Source: Polyangiales bacterium
GTDB lineage: Bacteria > Myxococcota_A > Polyangia > Polyangiales > Polyangiaceae
Length of the DNA stretch: 64,000 nucleotides
Reading direction: 5' to 3'
Assembly: GCA_038231275.1 (NCBI GenBank)
Contig: JBBRLQ010000006.1
Span: 160,001-224,000, forward strand
Under the pieces are notes generated by a model. The model was not told the origin of the DNA. It did no database searches and worked only from the letters and a program-made list of their open reading frames with translations. Of this stretch, positions 57,255 through 64,000 are shown in pieces; the first letter of the stretch is position 1; each line of letters opens with the position of its first letter. The position numbers and the translations under genes are program-made.

Positions 57255-58097
57255 TTGGGAACGAGCAAAATTAATCCTGACGATCGATTTCTCGATCGAC
57301 GACGCGCGCGACCTCTCTCGTTCTGGTCCGGCGCGTGGGCGGTGTTCGGCAAGGACCTGCGCATCGAGCTTCGCACGGGAGAGATCGTCACGACCGCCGG
57401 CTTCTTCGCCGCGCTCGTCGCGATCCTCGCGGCCGTTTCGTTTTACGGCGGCGTGACCGCGGAGGTCGAAGTCGATGGCGGTCACCTTCGCGGCTGGGAG
57501 GGGCCGATGCTGCCGCCGAAGGCACTTTTGCGTATTGCGGTGCAGATCGCACCAGGTGCGATTTGGTTGCCGGTCGCCTTCGCGTCCATCCTCGCCCTCG
57601 CGCGGACGTGGCAACGCGAACGAGAGGAGGGAGCGCTCACGGGTCTCCTCGTCTCCCCCATCCCTCGCGCCTCCATCTTCCTCGGCAAGGCGATGGGGGT
57701 GATGGCCTTCGTCGTCGCCGTCGAGTGCATCGTCGTCCCGATCGTGGCGCTCATGTTCCACGTCGACCTCCCCGACGTGATCGTCGCGCTCACAGTCGTG
57801 CTCCTCCTCGGCACCGTCGGCGTCGCCGCGACCGGGACGCTCTTCGGCGCGATGACGGTGCGGACCCGCGCGCGCGATCTCGTTTTGGCGAGCGTCCTCT
57901 TCCCGCTCCTCTCCCCGGCGCTCCTCTCGGGCGTGGCGGCGACCCATCAAGTGCTCTCGCTCGCCCACCACCCCGAGTTCCAGACCGCGGGCGCCCAGCT
58001 GGCCGAGATCCGGGACTACCTCCTCTTGTTGGGCCTCTTCGACGGGCTCGCTGTGGGGGGTGGATTGGCCCTATTCGGGGCGCTAATCGACGATTAG
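57255..58097 (+). CDS. ccmB: Heme exporter protein B
   Basis: KDLRIELR, PGAIW, EREEGALTGLL, IFLGK, LLFPL-like motif; start uncertain. Confidence 0.85.
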   Translation: MGTSKINPDDRFLDRRRARPLSFWSGAWAVFGKDLRIELRTGEIVTTAGFFAALVAILAAVSFYGGVTAEVEVDGGHLRGWEGPMLPPKALLRIAVQIAPGAIWLPVAFASILALARTWQREREEGALTGLLVSPIPRASIFLGKAMGVMAFVVAVECIVVPIVALMFHVDLPDVIVALTVVLLLGTVGVAATGTLFGAMTVRTRARDLVLASVLFPLLSPALLSGVAATHQVLSLAHHPEFQTAGAQLAEIRDYLLLLGLFDGLAVGGGLALFGALIDD

Positions 58098-58113
58098 TGA
58101 TTGAAATTACGCG

Positions 58114-59436
58114 CTATTTCTTCGCCATCGCGACAAAATCGGCGTCGGCGAGGAACGGGGCGGGGGCAAAGGGGCGACCGGCAGCTTCCCCAATGATCCA
58201 GACACCTTCGCGAATTTTCGCGCCGGGGGCGCGCGGGACGTAGCCACGGGCTGTGTGATCTAGAGGAGAGCCGGCCTGCTCGGCGAGCTCGTACGAAGGG
58301 GCGCGGGGGGCGTCGATCAGGACGGCGTCGGCCTTCAGCTTGCGCTCCTTCTTCTCCGTCCTCTCCTTCTTTTGCGTCTCGCCGTCCGCCTCACGGACGC
58401 TGCAGCCGGTGACGTGAGAGCTGCCGGTCGCCGCGACGATCTCGCCGTGGACGACGGTGACCACGGTCGACGCCTGCCGTTCCGCGATGGCGCGCGCGTA
58501 CGAGGTGCCGAACGGGCCACCGCCTTCGGGTACGACGACCACGACCCTCTTGCCGAGGGTGACGCCGTGCGAGAGGAGCCATCCGCCCGCGCGCGCGCTC
58601 ATGACGCCGGGGAGATCGTTGCCCTCGAACGGGAGGACACCGTCGTGCGCGCCGGTCGCGAGGACCAGACACTTCGCGGTGACGATCTCCGCGCCTTCAG
58701 GACCGACCACCAGGAGATCGTCGCCGAAGAGGGCGCCGGCGGTCGTCGCCGTCCGAACACGAACGCCGCGCGAAGACACGGCGCGCTCGAAGGCGTGTAC
58801 GACGCCATCCCACGCGCGCGCGTCGCTCGGCGCGAGCGCGCGAAGACCGCCGCCGAGCGCGAGGTGATCGTCGATGACCTCGACGGACCGCCCGTCATGC
58901 GCGAGCCGAGCGGCGACGGCCATCCCCGAAGGACCACCGCCGACCACGACGACATCCGCGACGCGACGAACGGCTTCGCGCGGCGCCGATGGGCTCACCG
59001 GCATCTTCCCGAGCCCCGCGACGCGTCGCGCGAACCCCTGCATGAGCGACTGCACGCCAGGGACACCGGCGAAGAGCTCGTGGTGGTTCATGCCTTCGGG
59101 GAAGAACCAGTCGGTCATGCGAAGGAGATCGACGCTGCGCGAGCCGAGGGTATTCTGCGAGCGGATCGCCATTCCCTCGCGGGCGGGGACCATGCACGTC
59201 ATGACGTTGGGAACCTCGTCGACGCGCGCGAGGCACCCGTCGCAGGCGGCGCGGAGGCACGACGGACCCCGAGGGCGGTGGAACTTGGGGCTGCGCGCGA
59301 TCGACAGCTTGCCGGCGGCGGCGAGGGCGTACACGACCGGCTCGCCCTCCGCGGCCTCGATCGGCTCCCCGTCGAGGGTCACCGTGACCGGGTGGGGCAC
59401 CGGGGACAATCGCCCGTTTCCGCCGCTCATGGCCAT
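58114..59436 (-). CDS. 2Fe-2S plus FAD-dependent oxidoreductase (sarcosine oxidase alpha / HcnAB-like)
   Basis: RSPKFHRPRGPSC...CDGC...NVMTC; VVGGGPSG; LATGA; GNDLPGV. Confidence 0.85.
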   Translation of the reverse strand: MAMSGGNGRLSPVPHPVTVTLDGEPIEAAEGEPVVYALAAAGKLSIARSPKFHRPRGPSCLRAACDGCLARVDEVPNVMTCMVPAREGMAIRSQNTLGSRSVDLLRMTDWFFPEGMNHHELFAGVPGVQSLMQGFARRVAGLGKMPVSPSAPREAVRRVADVVVVGGGPSGMAVAARLAHDGRSVEVIDDHLALGGGLRALAPSDARAWDGVVHAFERAVSSRGVRVRTATTAGALFGDDLLVVGPEGAEIVTAKCLVLATGAHDGVLPFEGNDLPGVMSARAGGWLLSHGVTLGKRVVVVVPEGGGPFGTSYARAIAERQASTVVTVVHGEIVAATGSSHVTGCSVREADGETQKKERTEKKERKLKADAVLIDAPRAPSYELAEQAGSPLDHTARGYVPRAPGAKIREGVWIIGEAAGRPFAPAPFLADADFVAMAKK

Positions 59437-59483
59437 GGCTCGTAGCACGCCTCGCGCGGCGGCGGACGACCGAGTGGGCGAGG

Positions 59484-59516
59484 AACTAGGGGCCAACTAG
59501 GGGCCAACCGGGGGCC
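59484..59516. repeat. Three 11-bp direct repeats in a divergent promoter region
   Basis: AACTAGGGGCC AACTAGGGGCC AACCGGGGGCC. Confidence 0.8.
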
Positions 59517-59567
59517 GCCCCCACGCGCCCCTTTACGGCCGGGCGCGAGTGCCCGAGACTGAACCTC

Positions 59568-60182
59568 GTGCGCTTAGGCCTCCTTGGTCCCTCCGAAGGG
59601 GACATTCAGGGACTCGGACGTGCGGCAGAGTTTCTGCTCACGACCGCGAAGGTGAGCCGCGCCGTCTATCTTGGTGTCGATCCGTCGCTCGACAAGGCGG
59701 TGGCCGCGTGGGCGCGACGCCTCGTAGGGGATGACCCGAGTGACGACGCCGCGTGGAGGCGCGCGGCCGACATGGCGATCGGCGGGAGCCCCACCGAAAT
59801 CGACCGCTTCGTCGCCGTCGAGCGCGCACGCATGCGCCTCAAGGCGCTCGAGACGCTGCCTCACGGAGGTCGCACGATCGAGATGGTGGGCGATCGAGTT
59901 GCCATCCTCATCCACGATAAAGCGCAGCTCGACGAGGAGGACATCCTCGCCGCGAACCTCCTCGTCTTCGGACGCAGCGCCGAGCCGCTCGTGAAGAAGA
60001 TCGGCACGCGCTGGTTCGTCAGCCCCGGCCACCTGGGCACGAAGGGGGGCGGCATCGCGGTCCTCGACGACGAAGACGCCGAGGTGGTGTGCACGGTCTA
60101 CGACGGGCAAGGCAGGCAGACGACGAAAGAGACACTGACCGTAGTCCGCGCGACGAAGATCCGGGTCCAGGGGGGAGCGTGA
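59568..60182 (+). CDS. Degenerate calcineurin-like metallophosphoesterase-fold protein
   Basis: MRLGLLG..EGD, VYLG.D, LIHD, VFGRSAEP, FVSPG pattern without the usual metal ligands. Confidence 0.6.
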   Translation: MRLGLLGPSEGDIQGLGRAAEFLLTTAKVSRAVYLGVDPSLDKAVAAWARRLVGDDPSDDAAWRRAADMAIGGSPTEIDRFVAVERARMRLKALETLPHGGRTIEMVGDRVAILIHDKAQLDEEDILAANLLVFGRSAEPLVKKIGTRWFVSPGHLGTKGGGIAVLDDEDAEVVCTVYDGQGRQTTKETLTVVRATKIRVQGGA

Positions 60183-60742
60183 TCGTCGCGGTCTTCGGCG
60201 GTAGCTTCAACCCGCCGCACGTCGCCCACGTGCTCGCGGTCGCGTACGTCCTCAGCACGCACGAGGTCGATCGGCTCCTCGTCCTCCCGACGTACCAGCA
60301 CCCCTTCGCCAAGTCGCTCGCGCCGTTCGACGACCGGGTCACGATGGCGGAGAAGGCGATGGGGTGGATGCCGCGCGTCGAGGTTTCGCGCGTGGAGGAG
60401 GAGCTCGGCGGCGAGAGCCGGACGCTGCGGACGCTCGAGCACCTGCACGCCGCGCACCCCGACTGGGCGATGCGCCTCGTGATGGGCGCCGATCTCATCG
60501 TCGAGTCGCCGAAGTGGTTCGGCTTCGACGCGATCAAGAAGCTCGCACCGCCGCTGGTCCTCGGGAGGGCGGGCGTGTCGTTCGAGGGGGCCCCGGCGCC
60601 CGTGCTTCCGGCGATCTCGAGCACGTTCGTCCGCGAGCGGCTCGCGGCGAAGGACTTCGCGGCGCTCGCAGAGCTTGTGCCGATGGATGTCCTCGGGCAC
60701 ATCCGCGCGCGCGGCTTGTACGGCGTTGGCGCGCAGGCCTAG
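60179..60742 (+). CDS. nadD: Nicotinate-nucleotide adenylyltransferase
   Basis: FGGSFNPPHVAH, MGAD, ISSTFVR. Confidence 0.93.
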   Translation: MIVAVFGGSFNPPHVAHVLAVAYVLSTHEVDRLLVLPTYQHPFAKSLAPFDDRVTMAEKAMGWMPRVEVSRVEEELGGESRTLRTLEHLHAAHPDWAMRLVMGADLIVESPKWFGFDAIKKLAPPLVLGRAGVSFEGAPAPVLPAISSTFVRERLAAKDFAALAELVPMDVLGHIRARGLYGVGAQA

Positions 60743-60751
60743 GCGTCATCG

Positions 60752-61573
60752 ATGAAGGTCTTCCTTTACGGCGCGGGCAAGGTCGGGCGAGCGCTCACGC
60801 GGGCGATCAAGGAGGCGGGCTGGACGGCGACGCTGCGGGCAGCGCGCGCGGGCATTCCGAAGAGAGTGATCGAGGCTGACCTCATCGTCGTGTGCGTGCG
60901 CGATCGCGATCTGATCGCGACGGCAGAGGCGATGGCGGCGGCGGGCGTCGTCCCGCGTCGCGCGGCCTGTGTGCACGCGGCCGGTGCGCTCGGTCCTGCG
61001 CCGCTCGTCGCGTTGCGAGAGGTGTGCGCTGGCGTCGCGCAGATGCACCCGATGATCTCGTTCGCATCGCTCACGACGTTTCCCGATCTCGCGCGGGGGC
61101 AGGTGCACATCGACGGCGATCCGGTCGCGGTGAAGCGCGCGCGCGCGCTGGCGAAGAAGCTCGGGATGGCGCCGCGTACGATTCGTGGACTCGACACCAT
61201 CGGGTACCACGCGGCGGCGGGTCTCGTGGCCAACGGCGCCGCGGCACTTGCTGCCGTGGGCGCGGAGCTCCTCGTTCGCTCGGGAGTCGCGCGCGAGATC
61301 GCGCCGAAGATGCTGGGGCCGCTGCTTCGAAGCGTGGCGGAGAACATCGAGCGCCTGGGCTTCCCTGCAGCGCTGACGGGTCCAGTTCGCCGAGGAGACG
61401 CCGCCGCCATCGCGAAGCAGGCCGCGCTCCTTCGCCAGCGCCTCCCCGACGCGGTCCCGCTCTTCTTCGCCGCGGCCCGCGCGCAGCTCCCCCTCGCGCG
61501 CGCGATCGCCGAGGCACCTCCCGCCGCATTCGACGCGATCGAGCGGGTCCTCGAGGACCCGGATCTCGCGTAA
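60752..61573 (+). CDS. Rossmann-like/DUF2520 oxidoreductase (PanG-like)
   Basis: GAGKVG, HAAGA, MHPMISF, YHAAA..VAN, ALTGPVRRGD. Confidence 0.85.
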   Translation: MKVFLYGAGKVGRALTRAIKEAGWTATLRAARAGIPKRVIEADLIVVCVRDRDLIATAEAMAAAGVVPRRAACVHAAGALGPAPLVALREVCAGVAQMHPMISFASLTTFPDLARGQVHIDGDPVAVKRARALAKKLGMAPRTIRGLDTIGYHAAAGLVANGAAALAAVGAELLVRSGVAREIAPKMLGPLLRSVAENIERLGFPAALTGPVRRGDAAAIAKQAALLRQRLPDAVPLFFAAARAQLPLARAIAEAPPAAFDAIERVLEDPDLA

Positions 61574-61780
61574 GGCGATGGAACTTCACGGGTAGAAACG
61601 TCCGCGCCCGTTCCTGCGTCACTGCAAAAATTTCAAATTCGGCGCCAAGGCTGGCCTGGCGCAAGGCAGCGGCTCAATTGCCGAATTCGGCCGTGGTCGG
61701 GTTGCCCCGTTCATTCCCGGCAGCTACGTTTTGTCGGCTTGGCGATCGCTCCCTATTCTTCCCCATCGTCGTCGTCGCTC

Positions 61781-64000
61781 GTGGCTTCTCCGGCCGCAGC
61801 GCTCGCGCCGAATCGGACGCTCGTCGATCTCGATGAGCGGTTGACGACGCTCGTCCCTGGGCTGGCCCTCGCGCGTGTTCCGTCCGATGCGCGCGACGCC
61901 GTGGTCGGACATGCGCTCCGGCGCGTTCGTGCGTCCGGTGCGATCGCCCTCACCGCGCGACCGCTCGCTGGCTTCCCGATGTGGCAGCAGATCGCGGAGC
62001 GCCTGGCGATTGACGGCCTGGACTGCGAGCCGTCGCTGTGCGCCGAGCAGATCGCCCAGGCCGCGACCGCCCGCCGCGCCATCATCGTCGTTCCGCTCCC
62101 CGACCACGGCACCTGGGACCGCGCCGTGAGCGTCGAGGTGAGCCGCCAAGAGTGCGCGGGGATCATCGTCTTCGTCGGCGACACGGCCGACGCGGCACCC
62201 GACATTCGCGCCGATCGCTACGAGATCGCCGGGGCGCTCGACGAGACCGAGCGGCGTCGCTGGTGGGCCGCCGTCGCCGAAGAGGGCAGCGGCGCGTCGT
62301 CGGAGCTCGACCTCGGCAAGCTCGAGGGATGGTGGAGCGAGCGCCGCCGCGCGATGAAGAAGCCGGCGTCCGCCAAGGTCGTGCCGGCCGAGGGGCGCCT
62401 TCTCTTGCGCGCCCTCGCGTTGCTCTCGCGCGCGTGGCCGGAGGGAGAGGTCGCCGCGCTCGGTCAAGGTCTGTTTGACCTCGTCGACGCGGGAGCCGTG
62501 AGCGTCGATCGAGGATGGGTGTCGGTCGAGCCCGCGTGGGACGATCTCGCCGCGGAGCTCGCGGCAGAGTCGAGCGCCGACGATCGAAAGCGCGTCGCGC
62601 GGATCCTCGTCGCGCAAGCGGACGAGCCGTGGGCGCTCGCACGCGCCGCCGAGCTCTTCGCAGCAGCGGGAGACGCGGAAGCCGCCGACGACGCGTACGC
62701 GCGTGCGATCGTGGAGCTCGATGACGCCACCGCACGGCGTGAGGTCGTCGCGCGCTGGGCCACGGCCGTGGGCGGCCTGCCTGCCGATGCGCAGCTCGAG
62801 CTCCGTTGCCGCGCCGCGGAACGCGCCCTCTCGGTGGGTGAGGCCGACGAAGCCTGCCGGTGGGCAAAGGCCGCCGTCACGCTCACGAGGGAAGGCTCCG
62901 CCGATCGCGCGGCTGTGACGCTCCTCCTCGGACGGTCCGCCGTCGCGCTCGGCGATCTCACCACCGCCAAGGTCGCCCTCGAGCGCGGCCGTGCGACCAC
63001 GGCCGATCGCGAGACGTCCGCGACGATCGCCGTCGAGCTCTCCGAGGTGCACTACCTGAGCGGCGACATGGGCGCCGCGAAGCGCGAGGCCGAGGCCGCG
63101 ATGGACGCGTCGCTCGAGCCCGACACCATCCTGCGCGCCCGCAACACGCTCGGAAAGCTCCTCCTCGCCGAAGGGCGCTGGGACGACTCCGACCGCCACT
63201 TCGCCGAGGATGCGCAGACCGCCACCGCCAACGGCGATCGCACCGCCGAGCTCCGGGCGCGGCTCAACCGCGGCATCGCGCTCCTCTCGAAGGGGCTCAC
63301 CGACGAGGCCCGCGCCATCTTCGAGGCGGTCCTCTGCGACGGCGAGACGATCGGCGACGGCCGCGCGTGTGCGTTCGCGCTCGACAACCTCGCGGTCATG
63401 GCGACGTGGCGCCAGGAGTACGCCCTCGCTCTTTCGCTGAGCGAGCGGACGCTGAAGCTCCGCCAGCGCCTCGGAGATCGCCTCTCGATGGCGCGCATCC
63501 TGACGAACCTCGCGGAGCTGCGGCGCCGCCTCGGCCTCCTCGATCACGCCGAGCACGCCATCGCGTTCGGGCGGCGGACGCTCGGGCCCGGCATGGCGAT
63601 CAAGGGCGTGTCGCTGAGCGTCATCGCCGCGCGCATCGCGCTGGAGCGCGGACATGGCGCCGTCGCGCGTCGCGAAATCGCAAAGGCGATCGTGGACTGC
63701 GAAGCCGGCGGAGATCGGATGGCGCTCGGTGAAGCGCACCGCGTCGCGGCGCGTGTCGCGCTCGAGGATGGCGACGTGATCCGTGCCGCCCAGGCGCTCG
63801 CGCGCGGGCGTGAGCTGGCGACGAGCGACGAGGCGCGCGGTGAGGTGGCGGTCCTCGCCGCTGCGCTCGCACGCGCGCAAGGCATGCCGCACGCCGACGT
63901 GGTGGCCCTCGCCGACGAGGCCCTGGCGGTCGCGCGGCGCTGCGGGAAAGAAGAGCTCGAGCGCGAGACACACCTCCTCCTCGCCGAGCTGCACCGCGGC
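61781..64000 (+). CDS. Large TPR-repeat protein, 3' truncated by the window (possibly a regulator N-terminus)
   Basis: Stop-free, GC3-biased + frame missing from the ORF track; RARNTLGKLLLAEGRWDD, ARLNRGIALLSKGLTDEA, ALDNLAVMA; start uncertain. Confidence 0.8.
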   Translation, partial: MASPAAALAPNRTLVDLDERLTTLVPGLALARVPSDARDAVVGHALRRVRASGAIALTARPLAGFPMWQQIAERLAIDGLDCEPSLCAEQIAQAATARRAIIVVPLPDHGTWDRAVSVEVSRQECAGIIVFVGDTADAAPDIRADRYEIAGALDETERRRWWAAVAEEGSGASSELDLGKLEGWWSERRRAMKKPASAKVVPAEGRLLLRALALLSRAWPEGEVAALGQGLFDLVDAGAVSVDRGWVSVEPAWDDLAAELAAESSADDRKRVARILVAQADEPWALARAAELFAAAGDAEAADDAYARAIVELDDATARREVVARWATAVGGLPADAQLELRCRAAERALSVGEADEACRWAKAAVTLTREGSADRAAVTLLLGRSAVALGDLTTAKVALERGRATTADRETSATIAVELSEVHYLSGDMGAAKREAEAAMDASLEPDTILRARNTLGKLLLAEGRWDDSDRHFAEDAQTATANGDRTAELRARLNRGIALLSKGLTDEARAIFEAVLCDGETIGDGRACAFALDNLAVMATWRQEYALALSLSERTLKLRQRLGDRLSMARILTNLAELRRRLGLLDHAEHAIAFGRRTLGPGMAIKGVSLSVIAARIALERGHGAVARREIAKAIVDCEAGGDRMALGEAHRVAARVALEDGDVIRAAQALARGRELATSDEARGEVAVLAAALARAQGMPHADVVALADEALAVARRCGKEELERETHLLLAELHRG

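Noticed and set aside
61724-63994. 756-aa minus-strand ORF
   Set aside because: Antisense shadow of the open + strand TPR gene

Overview
High-GC, gene-dense bacterial chromosome segment of about 60 CDS and one tRNA. The gene content (several eukaryotic-like Ser/Thr kinases, many lipoproteins, a stand-alone T3SS/flagellar export-gate pair) suggests Myxococcota, probably Polyangiales; this is an inference. Recognisable housekeeping genes are the aspartokinase 5' end, tRNA-Ala(CGC), pncB-nadE, nadD, gltX and ccmB. The window also holds an OmpR/HK-TolC-MFP-RND efflux operon, an MBOAT plus two SGNH O-acetylation genes, a haloalkane dehalogenase, a Zn alcohol dehydrogenase, an HDAC-family deacetylase and a lytic transglycosylase. 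I saw no integrase, transposase or CRISPR array. Most notable observations: (1) a translationally coupled acyltransferase (GNAT/LuxI/FeeM-like) plus heme-oxygenase-like diiron enzyme pair, a candidate small-molecule or signal biosynthesis unit; (2) a chimeric junction at ~49.25-49.38 kb joining diverged copies of two flanking genes, implying a duplicated variable 'cargo slot' carrying two different exported-protein cassettes; (3) a lipoprotein-anchored truncated globin behind an FNR-like palindrome; (4) an SdpA/SdpB-like or split carboxylase-like HTTM pair with a Cys-less DCC domain; (5) an isolated fliO-sctR operon; (6) a Ser/Thr kinase-PilZ fusion; (7) recurrent leaderless-type promoters. 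All calls rest on motif recognition by eye; no database searches were run.
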